Below are positions 19,925-29,625 of a stretch of 64,000 nt of DNA, one piece after another. Every line of letters starts with the position of its first letter. The first letter of the stretch is position 1. Below the pieces are notes generated by a model. That model saw only the letters and a program-made list of their open reading frames with translations. It did no database searches and was not told where the DNA came from. Source of the DNA: Promethearchaeota archaeon (GTDB lineage Archaea > Asgardarchaeota > Lokiarchaeia > Sigyniarchaeales > SOKP01); the NCBI GenBank assembly GCA_030603385.1, contig JAUVXW010000016.1, positions 1 through 64,000 on the forward strand, written 5' to 3'. The position numbers were made by a program, and so were the translations under genes.

Positions 19925-20785
19925 ATGAAATATATTTGGAAAATCGTAAACAAAATTTGGAGTTATTTATTTACGAAAGAAAGATTAATGCATAAATTAG
20001 AAAGCGCTGATGATTATGCATTAAAATCAGTAGCAAATGCACTAAGAAATGTTTTAAATTATATTATCCTTGATGCAGAAAAAGACTGGGTGGAAAAAAT
20101 AGAATTAATTAGAAAAGAGCTATTGAATTCAAAAAAAGTAATAACAATTGAAGATTATGGGGCACATGCTCCTAATTTAAATTTGACTGATGAAGATATG
20201 TACAAGGGGAAAATATTAAAAAAAACCGTAGGTGAAGCAACAAAATCTAGTATTTCATATAACAAAGGATTTCTATTATTTAAATTAATCAGAGAATTCA
20301 AACCATCTTTTTGTTTAGAACTTGGAACAGCTTTGGGTATCTCCGCTTCATTTCAATTAGCGGCACTAGAAATGAATAATAAAGGAAGATTAATAACTAT
20401 TGAAGGAGCTAAGTCGGTAGCAGAAATTGCTAGAGAAAATTTTAAAAAGTTAGGATTATCAAGAATTTATAGCGAAATTGGTAGATTCCAAGATATTTTA
20501 GAATTAGTTATTAATGAAGTTAATCCTATAGATTTTGTTTTTATTGATGGACACCATGATGAATACGCCACTTTAAATTACTTTGAAACAATATTTCCCT
20601 CTCTTTCTGATAATGCTATACTAGTATTTGATGATATAAGATGGTCAAAAGGCATGAAAAGAGCTTGGAAAACTTTGATTAATGATGCACGTTTTAAATA
20701 TACGATAGATTTATTTAAAATCGGCATTTGTATTATTTCAAATTCAAACAATAAAAAAGAAAGTTTTAAATCATTTTTAAAGTAA
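19925..20785 (+). CDS. Class I SAM-dependent O-methyltransferase (Methyltransf_24-like)
   Basis: LELGTALGIS, FVFIDGHH, LVFDDIRW. Confidence 0.85.
   Translation: MKYIWKIVNKIWSYLFTKERLMHKLESADDYALKSVANALRNVLNYIILDAEKDWVEKIELIRKELLNSKKVITIEDYGAHAPNLNLTDEDMYKGKILKKTVGEATKSSISYNKGFLLFKLIREFKPSFCLELGTALGISASFQLAALEMNNKGRLITIEGAKSVAEIARENFKKLGLSRIYSEIGRFQDILELVINEVNPIDFVFIDGHHDEYATLNYFETIFPSLSDNAILVFDDIRWSKGMKRAWKTLINDARFKYTIDLFKIGICIISNSNNKKESFKSFLK
20451..20514 (+). repeat. 64-bp exact direct repeat, copy 1 (copy 2 at 21605-21668)
   Basis: taggattatcaagaatttatagcgaaattggtagattccaagatattttagaattagttattaa occurs at both positions. Confidence 0.9.
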
Positions 20786-20789
20786 ATGG

Positions 20790-21245
20790 TGAATCTTTAT
20801 ATATTGAACCAGGAAGTTTATATGCATTATCAATGAATTTTTTTCATTATAGGGAAAGGTTAAGACTAAATGACCCTCTTTATTTAGAAGATTAAACATA
20901 TTCAGAATTGCAGCTTCATGGTTCTTTATATGTTCCAAAACGCTAATACATATGATAAAATCAAAAGTTTTGCTTAGTTTAGATTTTGTTATATCATCAT
21001 TAATTATATAAATGTATATTAAATATTTGTTTACTCCAATAATCTTGAATGTTATCAATTGCTGTAACTAAAAAACCACAAGTTCTAATTAAACTAGGAA
21101 GTGTTGTTAATCATGTTCAAATATCAAGCACTGTTCTTGGCCATTCTTCTGTTAATGTTTTAAATACAAAACGATATTCTATAGATCTCTCTGACATCCT
21201 TTTGAAATTTTGGTTTTCATATTCTCTTTTACTTCTTTTTTTGTA
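20790..21245 (-). pseudogene. Class I methyltransferase pseudogene
   Basis: ERSIEYRFVF..VLDI*T*LTTLP..VTAIDN then frameshift into DDIT..FDFIICISVLEHI..GHLVLTFPY; TGA at 21117-21119 and 21111-21113. Confidence 0.75.
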
Positions 21246-21276
21246 ATATATCCTAATAAAAGGTCTTATTAAAAAT

Positions 21277-21500
21277 TCAAAAAGCTTCAATGAAAATTCC
21301 TCTCTTTCCTATACCTAAAAAAGTATTGGTAAATAACATTAATTTAAGAATATTTGAATAAATTAAATAAGATTCTCCGTATATAAAAAATAAAAAAAAT
21401 TCAACACAAAAGAATAATATTCCTGTTAATAATGCAAAAGAATATATTAGTATTAAATTATACAATTTTTTAATCTCTTCATTTTTATTCTTAGCTATTT
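21277..21500 (-). pseudogene. Fragment of a flippase paralogous to 22946..24568
   Basis: LYNLILIYS..TGILFFCVEFFLFFIYGESYLIY matches LYNLVLIYS..TGVLFLCTEFFLVFIYGQSYLIY of the intact flippase. Confidence 0.75.
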
Positions 21501-21507
21501 TTCATAC

Positions 21508-21930
21508 CAGACAGCTGCATTAGAATTGAATAATAGATAAAAATTAATAACAATCGAAGGATCAAAATCAATAGCAGAAATCACCAGGCAAAATTTTAAA
21601 GATCTAGGATTATCAAGAATTTATAGCGAAATTGGTAGATTCCAAGATATTTTAGAATTAGTTATTAAACCTATTGATTTAATTTTTATAGATAGTCATC
21701 ACGAAGAAGTTACTACTTTAAACTATTTCAAAATAATAGTGCCATCACTTTCAGATCATGCAATACTTGTATTTAATGATTTAAATTGGTCAAAAGGTAT
21801 GAAACGGGCATGGAAAGCAGTGAATAGTGATAATCGAATAAAATTTTCTATAAATTTAATAAAAATTGGTATATGTGTTATTTCGAAATCTAAAAACAAA
21901 AAAAGAAATTTCAAACTATTACTTATATAG
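21508..21930 (+). pseudogene. 5'-truncated duplicate of methyltransferase 19925..20785
   Basis: QTAALELNNR*KLITIEG..; C-terminus nearly collinear with the intact gene; in-frame stop at ~21538. Confidence 0.8.
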
Positions 21931-22010
21931 AATATCTCTTAAAAATTTAAAATTGTTATCCTTATGAAAATCTTAAAAAAAAAATAACATTATGATTTAA
22001 TTTATATTAT

Positions 22011-22913
22011 ATGAAAAAAGAAAGAGAATTTTATTCTTACATCTATAATAGTAAAAATTATTTTTATGGCTTAGAATCAGAAAGAATTAATAGAATTTTA
22101 AAGAGAATTCCAAGTAAAGGTAGTATTTTAGAAATTGGATGTGGTGATGGAAGACTCCTCAATAAGATAAATGCAGATTTTAAAATTGGAATAGATTTTT
22201 CAATAAAACCTTTAATTCATGTTAAGACTTTAACGTTTGCAGCAAACGTTAGTAATCTCCCTTTTTCTAATAATAGTTTTGACGTAGTAATATGTGCTGA
22301 AGTTCTAGAACACTTAGATAATACAACCTATAACAAAACTCTTCATGAAATATTGAGAGTTTCTTCTCGATATATATTAATATCTGTTCCCTATAAGGAA
22401 AATTTAAATCAAAGAACCGCAAAATGTAAAAATTGCAATCGTTTTTTTAATGTAAGCTTACATTATAGAGCTTTTAATGAGGTTATGTTTGAAAAACTAT
22501 TTCCAGATGCCTATATTATTTTAATTGAAAAATTTGGGTATAGAAACATTTTTCCTTACAATTTTAATAAATTAGAAAGATTAACAGGTAATTATTTTAT
22601 CAAAAAAGAAATAATATGTCCTCACTGTGGAAAAAAAGACCCATGTAAGAGAAAAAATATAATAGGGAAGTTTTTAAACTTCATACTAATTATATTAAGA
22701 AATCTCTTTTTCTTTTACAAAAAGAAAAAATGCATTTGGATTTTAGCTATTTTTGAAAAAAGAGAACATCGGATTATTAAGAATTTTAAAATTGAAGATA
22801 TTTTGATATGCCCATTATGTTTTAAAAGAATCACTATTAAAAATAATATAGCAAGATGTAATGAAGGGCATGAATTTTATTATATAGATAAAATCTTAGA
22901 TCTAAGAGCATAA
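22011..22913 (+). CDS. Class I methyltransferase with Zn-ribbon inserts and C-terminal Trm112/RlmA-like Zn finger
   Basis: ILEIGCGDG, FDVVICAEVLEHL, CKNC, CPHC, ILICPLC..RCNEGHEF..ILDL. Confidence 0.8.
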   Translation: MKKEREFYSYIYNSKNYFYGLESERINRILKRIPSKGSILEIGCGDGRLLNKINADFKIGIDFSIKPLIHVKTLTFAANVSNLPFSNNSFDVVICAEVLEHLDNTTYNKTLHEILRVSSRYILISVPYKENLNQRTAKCKNCNRFFNVSLHYRAFNEVMFEKLFPDAYIILIEKFGYRNIFPYNFNKLERLTGNYFIKKEIICPHCGKKDPCKRKNIIGKFLNFILIILRNLFFFYKKKKCIWILAIFEKREHRIIKNFKIEDILICPLCFKRITIKNNIARCNEGHEFYYIDKILDLRA

Positions 22914-22945
22914 ATTTTCAGTTTTTAATAATTTAAGAAGTCATT

Positions 22946-24568
22946 TTAATCTCTCACTATTTTCTTCAATAAGTTCATACATTTTCTAATAAAAATATGA
23001 GTCTTTGTATTTTTATCAAAAAAAGCTTTAATATATTCAATGTCTTTAGTAGTGAATACTTTTAAAATTACTAACAAAAATAAAAATATAAATATAAATG
23101 TGCAAATTGATAACAAATTTAATTTTTGGAAAAATGATAAGTTAAGTTTTTGAAGAATTAGATAATTTATTTTATCTAAAATTAAAATTTCTAAAAGCCA
23201 TACTGCCCCTAAAGCTATAAAAAATGTTAAAAACAAAAATATTAATTTGATAACATTTAATTTAATTTTTCCAACTTTAATACTTAATACTAAAGCAATA
23301 ATTGAAATTATTAAATTACTTATAATAATGCCAAAAATCCCCCATAATAATCCAAAATTTATTAGAAATACCAAAAAGATTGGTATTCTTATTATAAAAG
23401 CAATTATCCTATAACTTAACATTATTTTCGTTTTTCCAATAGATAAAATCAATGCTTCAAAAGGCATTCCTATGCTTAAGAATATTAGAGTGAAAAGCAT
23501 TAAATTAAAGATTTTTGCATAGATTAAATAAGATTGTCCATAAATAAAAACCAAGAAGAATTCAGTACATAAGAATAATACTCCTGTTATTAATGTTAAT
23601 AAAAATATCGAATATATTAGTACTAAATTATACAATTTATTGATTTGATCATAATTATTTTTAGCGTTTAATCCTGAAAAAGTTATAATCAATGGATCAG
23701 AAAAAGTTCGAGCAGCATTGGAAGAAACACCAATATAATTTTTCGAAATATTAAAGCCTGTTACTATTTCCACTGAAGTAAATGTTGCTATTGATTGAGT
23801 TTGGATCTCTGACCAAATTTCAGTGAAAAACCTTCCCAATCTGATAGGTCCACCATAATTTAGAGTTTTACTAATAAAATCTTTAAAATCTTCATTTCTT
23901 TTTTCTGTATGTTGAATTGTAGTATATTTTATAATTACAATTAAACAACTTAAAATGAATGGAAATAAAAATGATAAAAGATTAATGTACGCCACAATTT
24001 CAATTTTAAGAGGGTTAAAAAAATAGAAACAAAATATTAAAGCGCTTATGTTAAAACAATATCTAATCAGTAATAATAAAAAAAGAACATTAAACATATT
24101 TAATCCTCTATAAATTGAAGCTAAAACTTTATTTAAACTCAAAATTACTATAAGGGGAGACAAAATTATTAAAAGATTTGTATAATCTTTTAGAGTAGTT
24201 GTAAATATTTGACTAAAAAAAAAAAATAAAAATAAACTGATGAGGAATAATGGACCTATAAATAATAATTTTAAGTAAATAGCTTTTTTTATGAAATATT
24301 TTAAATCACTATATTCTTTTAAAGCTAAATATCTTGGGATATGATAATTTAGAGTTGCGTCTAGTCCCGGAGGGAAAAAGCTTGAAATAATATTAAAAAT
24401 TGCAATATATGAAAGAGTTATGATAAGAAAACCCCACAATTCTTTAGATATTAATCTTGCTAATAGAAATGAAGTTACTAATGAAAAAAAAAAAGATCCA
24501 TAAGAATTTAAAAAAGAGTAAAGCGAATTTTTAACTAAAATTCTATGATCTCTCGTGATTTTTGACAT
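22946..24568 (-). CDS. Oligosaccharide flippase (Wzx/MOP family)
   Basis: Polytopic membrane protein (roughly 14 TM), N-terminal KNS..LLARLISKELWG pattern, located in glycan locus. Confidence 0.85.
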   Translation of the reverse strand: MSKITRDHRILVKNSLYSFLNSYGSFFFSLVTSFLLARLISKELWGFLIITLSYIAIFNIISSFFPPGLDATLNYHIPRYLALKEYSDLKYFIKKAIYLKLLFIGPLFLISLFLFFFFSQIFTTTLKDYTNLLIILSPLIVILSLNKVLASIYRGLNMFNVLFLLLLIRYCFNISALIFCFYFFNPLKIEIVAYINLLSFLFPFILSCLIVIIKYTTIQHTEKRNEDFKDFISKTLNYGGPIRLGRFFTEIWSEIQTQSIATFTSVEIVTGFNISKNYIGVSSNAARTFSDPLIITFSGLNAKNNYDQINKLYNLVLIYSIFLLTLITGVLFLCTEFFLVFIYGQSYLIYAKIFNLMLFTLIFLSIGMPFEALILSIGKTKIMLSYRIIAFIIRIPIFLVFLINFGLLWGIFGIIISNLIISIIALVLSIKVGKIKLNVIKLIFLFLTFFIALGAVWLLEILILDKINYLILQKLNLSFFQKLNLLSICTFIFIFLFLLVILKVFTTKDIEYIKAFFDKNTKTHIFIRKCMNLLKKIVRD

Positions 24569-24683
24569 ATTTGATATTCTAATAACTCATTTAAACAATT
24601 TAAATCAATTTTAGATTAAAGATATTAAAAATAAATTATTAGTTTAACTATATTTTTTTAAATTTTAAATAATATTTTGATAT

Positions 24684-25961
24684 ATGGGATATAATAAAGA
24701 TTTTGAAATAGAAAATAAGTTTAAACCAAAAATATTTCATTTGCTCAATGTTTCTCTTCCAGATATATCTGGATATTCTATTCGAAGCCATAATATTCTT
24801 AAACATCAAAAGGAATATTGTTATATTTATGCAATAACAGAACCGGCTTATATTCAAAAGAAAACTCCAGATAATATTGAAAATATTTTATATTTCCGAT
24901 TTCTACCAACTAAAGGTTATCAATTATTTATCAATCCAAAAATAATAAAAATTGTGAGAAAAGCACAGATTTTAAATTGGTATTATCGTACAATTTTCAA
25001 AAACACACTATTTTCTCTAAAGAAATTAATTACTTTTTATAAACCCGATATACTACATGTTCATTCATCTAATTTCTATGGCTATTATATAAGTAAAATA
25101 GCAAAAAAACTTAAAATTCCTTTTATCTTTGAAGTTCGGGGTTTTATAGAGGATACACATGTAGGTTTAGGTATATTAAAACAAGGTTCCTTACAATACA
25201 ATAATAAAAAAAAGTTTAGGCTGAAAATAATCAAAAAAGCCGATGCAGTTATAACACTAGGACATGCTATGAAAAAAGAATTAATTTCTCAAGGTGTAGA
25301 TAAAAATAAAATAAAAATCGTACCTAATGGAGTTGATACAAAAGAATTACACCCAAAACCTCCCAAAATAACTTTAAAAGAAAAATTAAGCATTAAGAAC
25401 GAAAAAATACTAGGATACATAGGATCTATTCGAAGAATAGAGGGAATTGAAATACTTCTAAAAGCTATGGAAATTATTAAAAGAGAAATCAAAGATGTCT
25501 TTCTATTAATAATAGGTCCAGGTGATCCAATTTACATTAATGAATTAAAAATTATTGCTAAAAAATTAAAAATTAATAATTATGTTAAATTCCTAGGACC
25601 AGTTCCTAATTCTGAGATTGATGATTATTATTCAATTTTAGATATTTGTATTATTCCAAGATTAAATATTCGAGTAAATCAACTTGTAACACCTTTAAAG
25701 CCCCTTGAAGTTATGGCAATGGGAAAAGTATTATTGGTTAGTGATCTTCCTGCACTAAAGGAATTAGTAAAACCAGATATATCAGGTGAATTATTTGAGA
25801 CTGAAAATTCAGAGGATTTAGCAGATAAAATTATGAAATTTATCATTAATCCAGAGGAAACAAATCGATTGGGCCAAAGTGCTAGAAAATATGTTGAAAA
25901 CAATTATAGCTGGCAAAAAATTATAAAAAAATACATCTCACTTTATGAGAGTTTATTATAA
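24684..25961 (+). CDS. Glycosyltransferase family 4
   Basis: GYSIRSH, VPNGVD, GYIGS..EG, TPLKPLEVMAMGK. Confidence 0.9.
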   Translation: MGYNKDFEIENKFKPKIFHLLNVSLPDISGYSIRSHNILKHQKEYCYIYAITEPAYIQKKTPDNIENILYFRFLPTKGYQLFINPKIIKIVRKAQILNWYYRTIFKNTLFSLKKLITFYKPDILHVHSSNFYGYYISKIAKKLKIPFIFEVRGFIEDTHVGLGILKQGSLQYNNKKKFRLKIIKKADAVITLGHAMKKELISQGVDKNKIKIVPNGVDTKELHPKPPKITLKEKLSIKNEKILGYIGSIRRIEGIEILLKAMEIIKREIKDVFLLIIGPGDPIYINELKIIAKKLKINNYVKFLGPVPNSEIDDYYSILDICIIPRLNIRVNQLVTPLKPLEVMAMGKVLLVSDLPALKELVKPDISGELFETENSEDLADKIMKFIINPEETNRLGQSARKYVENNYSWQKIIKKYISLYESLL

Positions 25962-26041
25962 TGAGAAATATAAAGAAAACAAAGATATTTTATAATACAT
26001 AATGATATAATTAGACAATTATAAATCTATTTATCTGAGGT

Positions 26042-27241
26042 ATGTTTATGATTAATCTTTTAACAGAATTTCTTCAAACTATATGCAAATTTATATCCTC
26101 TGCTAATTTTGTTTTAATTCTCTTATTCTTTATATTATTTTCTCATTTAATTCTCTTTTTTGTAAGAGATAAAAATTATATTTCCGCATTAGAAAAAATT
26201 AAAGCTTTTAAGCCTCTTTCATTACAAGATTTTGATAATCTTCCTACCGTGAATATAATTGTTCCTGCTTGGAAAGAAGGAGAAATATTCAATGGTTGCT
26301 TATTACAAATTAGTAAATTGTCATATCCTAATTTGAAGGTTATTGTAAATGCAGGAGGATCTGATGAAACAATAAATATTGCGGAATCATTTAAAAAAAA
26401 TACGAAGTTTTCTGTTATTTATCAAAAAACTGGTCAAGGAAAGATAAAAGCAATCAATGATTGCTTAAGACATGTTTCCGAAGGGATTATTTACTTAATA
26501 GACGCTGATGTTATTCTTACCGATCAAATAATTCTTAATATTCTTTATTCTTTAATTTATGAGAATAACGAGGTCGTTGTTGCTCGTGTTAAACCACATA
26601 GTTCTATTCAAAATATGGATTTAGTCAAGTATTTAGAAATAAATCGAAATATTGATTTTTTAGGCAGTTTCTCCAATAAAGTAAATTATACGACTCAAAA
26701 TACAGGAATAAAACATGAAGTTATTAAAACAATAGGTAAATTCTCAGAAGGAAGATTATCTGATGATGGAATTTCTATGGGTTCAGATATTCTTTCAAAA
26801 GGTTTTCAAATTCATTTAATTGATAAAAAAGTTGAATCCTTTAATTACCCTTATAAAATTAAAGATTATTTTAAACAAAATTTAAGGTGGCTTGAAAATT
26901 CTTTATACACACCTTATAAAAACCGATTTTTAAAAAGGGTAAAATTTTTTGGCTTAGTTCTTATATCAATTTACATATTTATATCTCCTTTTTTATTGGT
27001 TTTTAATATCAATTTATTTTTAATTGGTTTAGTAATGCTTTTGAGTTCTTATTTAAAAAGAGTAAGAAAAACTGTTTTCTTTAAAATGACAAACTCAAAT
27101 GAGAATATTAAAATTTCCACTTTTTTTTATATCAAACTCGTTCTCTATATAATTATTGATTTATTGATGAATATCATCGTTTTTATTGAAATAATATTTT
27201 ACAGAAAGGCCTATAAAAAAAGGAAAAATCTTTTTGGTTAA
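26042..27241 (+). CDS. Membrane-bound glycosyltransferase family 2
   Basis: IIVPAWKE, GKIKAIN, IDAD, SDD, QNLRW (QxxRW); TM segments at both ends. Confidence 0.85.
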   Translation: MFMINLLTEFLQTICKFISSANFVLILLFFILFSHLILFFVRDKNYISALEKIKAFKPLSLQDFDNLPTVNIIVPAWKEGEIFNGCLLQISKLSYPNLKVIVNAGGSDETINIAESFKKNTKFSVIYQKTGQGKIKAINDCLRHVSEGIIYLIDADVILTDQIILNILYSLIYENNEVVVARVKPHSSIQNMDLVKYLEINRNIDFLGSFSNKVNYTTQNTGIKHEVIKTIGKFSEGRLSDDGISMGSDILSKGFQIHLIDKKVESFNYPYKIKDYFKQNLRWLENSLYTPYKNRFLKRVKFFGLVLISIYIFISPFLLVFNINLFLIGLVMLLSSYLKRVRKTVFFKMTNSNENIKISTFFYIKLVLYIIIDLLMNIIVFIEIIFYRKAYKKRKNLFG

Positions 27242-27343
27242 AAAATTTATTTGAATTGAAAATCAGAAATTTTTTACAATAAAATTCATGTTTTACTATA
27301 ATTTATAAAAATTTAAAAAAAAATCTTATAAGTGATATAAAAC

Positions 27344-28075
27344 ATGAAATTACCTGCGTCTTTAAGGAAACTGCTTAATATTTTTTATCAGAACATTTAT
27401 ATTAACATGATTTATAAGAAGTTAAGTAGAAATAAAGGATTTAAAGACGACATTACCAATAATTTTCACAAACTCTTTTATAATGCCTATGCTGTGGAAG
27501 GCACATGGAAAGATATGAAATGGTTAGGAGTAAAAATCTTAAAAAATCCATTTGATTTATGGATATTTCAAGAAATTATTTTTAGATTAAAACCAGATGT
27601 TATTATAGAATGCGGGACGAAATATGGCGGTAGTGCATTATATTTTGCCTCTTTATGCGACTTATTAAATAATGGTAAAATAATAACAATTGATATTAAA
27701 GATCACAAAAATAAACCACAACATAAAAGAATTAAATATTTACTTGGTTCGTCTGTTTCTGAGGAAATTATCTCAAAAGTAAAAGAAAATATAAGCGAAA
27801 ATGACAAGGTATTAGTTATCCTTGATTCAGATCACAGAAAAGAACATGTATTGAAAGAATTAAAAGCCTATAATCTTTTAGTAACAAAAGGAAGTTATCT
27901 CATTGTAGAAGATACACATTTAAATGGGCATCCAATAGATCCTCTATTTGGACCAGGTCCAATGGAAGCAGTCAATGAATTTTTAAAAGAGAATCAAAAT
28001 TTCAAAATTGATCTTACGAAAGAAAAGTTTTACATGACATGGAATCCAAGGGGTTATCTCAAAAAGATAAATTAA
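27344..28075 (+). CDS. CmcI-family (sugar O-)methyltransferase
   Basis: KNPFDLW, KPDVIIECGTKYGGS, VILDSDH, YLIVEDT. Confidence 0.9.
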   Translation: MKLPASLRKLLNIFYQNIYINMIYKKLSRNKGFKDDITNNFHKLFYNAYAVEGTWKDMKWLGVKILKNPFDLWIFQEIIFRLKPDVIIECGTKYGGSALYFASLCDLLNNGKIITIDIKDHKNKPQHKRIKYLLGSSVSEEIISKVKENISENDKVLVILDSDHRKEHVLKELKAYNLLVTKGSYLIVEDTHLNGHPIDPLFGPGPMEAVNEFLKENQNFKIDLTKEKFYMTWNPRGYLKKIN

Positions 28076-28094
28076 TCTTGATTTTATAAAAATT

Positions 28095-29267
28095 TTACTT
28101 ACTTATTTTCTCAATTAATTCTTTAAACATATTTATTTCTTGAGCCATAGAGTAATTTTGAACAACAAATTTTCTCGCTGCTTCTTGAAGCTCTTTAATT
28201 TTTTGAGGATTTTCTAGCCATATATCATACACTTCACTAATTTTTTCTTTTATTGCTCGTGGGTTCAGGTCATCGATAAAAAAGGCAAAATTTCTTCCTT
28301 TTAATAACTCAACTGATCCAATAGTTTTACTACTTATGATGATTAATTTTGATGCGAGTGCTTCCATGATAGCTCTTGGAAATGGTTCTACTCGTGAAGA
28401 AAATAAAAACACGTCATTTTGATTGTAATAACGCGCAATTTTTTCATTATCAATATAACCATTAAATTGTAAATCTTCCGGAAATCGCTGTTCTAATTCC
28501 TTTACTGCGGATTTTAACGGACCCATTCCACAAAATTCGAAGATCACTTGAGCTTTTTCACATTCTTCCAAGAAAATTTCAATTGCCTTTAATAAAACAG
28601 CAACACCTTTATGAACATCATCAAGAAAACCAATGTAGACAAATTTCAATTTGTTTTCTGGTTCTTTTTTGCTTTCTGCACTGGTAAATTTATTTAGTTT
28701 AATTCCATGTATTATATGAATAATCTTCTTTGGATTATAGAAATTCTCTAGATACTTCTTAGCATTTTCAGATAGAGCATGATGGTATATATTTCTTTTA
28801 AAAAAAGATAAAAAAAGAAGAGAAATTCGATATTTCAAATTATATAAAGAAAATAACTTATCACTATGCAAAGGTTTTCTATAACCAATAATAAATTTTC
28901 CTTTTCGATGTAATAAGCTAAAGAACATGAAAATTAAACTCTGCTTAATATCAGAGTAAGATAAATAAATGATTTCATTTCTTTTAATTAATTTGTATAA
29001 TTTAAAAAGGTCCCAGGGATAAGGAAAATTAAAATTTTTATTAAAAATAGTCAATGTAACAAATTTTACTCTTCCAATTTTTTTTAATCCTTTTAATTTT
29101 TTATTAATTGTCTCTTTTGATAATAATTTTTTACCAATAAAAATATTAGTATCCATCAACATTATATTATAAAATTCCTGCAAACCAGAAGCCAATTCTA
29201 TCGCGGAAATTTCTCCTCCTCTTCCATTTTCTAATCCAAGAGGATTAAAGATCAATACATTTGTCAA
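28095..29267 (-). CDS. Glycosyltransferase family 4
   Basis: GGE, HKG, SSRVEPFPRAIMEALA (E-x7-E). Confidence 0.88.
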   Translation of the reverse strand: MTNVLIFNPLGLENGRGGEISAIELASGLQEFYNIMLMDTNIFIGKKLLSKETINKKLKGLKKIGRVKFVTLTIFNKNFNFPYPWDLFKLYKLIKRNEIIYLSYSDIKQSLIFMFFSLLHRKGKFIIGYRKPLHSDKLFSLYNLKYRISLLFLSFFKRNIYHHALSENAKKYLENFYNPKKIIHIIHGIKLNKFTSAESKKEPENKLKFVYIGFLDDVHKGVAVLLKAIEIFLEECEKAQVIFEFCGMGPLKSAVKELEQRFPEDLQFNGYIDNEKIARYYNQNDVFLFSSRVEPFPRAIMEALASKLIIISSKTIGSVELLKGRNFAFFIDDLNPRAIKEKISEVYDIWLENPQKIKELQEAARKFVVQNYSMAQEINMFKELIEKISK

Positions 29268-29625
29268 ATCAAGTCAATACTCTAAAATAATAATAATTTT
29301 CGTTTATCTTATTATAGAATTTTATCCAAGATAAAAAATTTTAGGAATTTAATAAAAAATAATTCAAAGTAATTGAGTTCTTAACTTGAAAAATGACTGT
29401 AATTTATAAACACATAGATATTTAGAATTGTGGTTATCTCCTTGTATATTATCAAAAAATTATTTATAAACAAAACAAAAGTTTGTAACCTATTTGAGAA
29501 TTATATTTTAACATAAAGAGTATTTTCTATATTTTTTCTTAAAACTTTCATGAAAAAATTAAATCTATATTAAAATTCCTCTAAATAAATAACTTAAAAA
29601 AAAAATAAATTATAATAATGATAAT

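Noticed and set aside
21111-21119. In-frame TGA as selenocysteine
   Set aside because: Positions align to Gly rather than Cys, the gene is also frameshifted, and no SECIS was recognised
21049-21246. 65-aa plus-strand ORF
   Set aside because: Antisense to the methyltransferase pseudogene, which carries the recognisable motifs
18111-28075. Antibiotic resistance or biosynthesis (AAC(3), CmcI 'cephalosporin hydroxylase')
   Set aside because: Family names only; context points to sugar acylation and methylation
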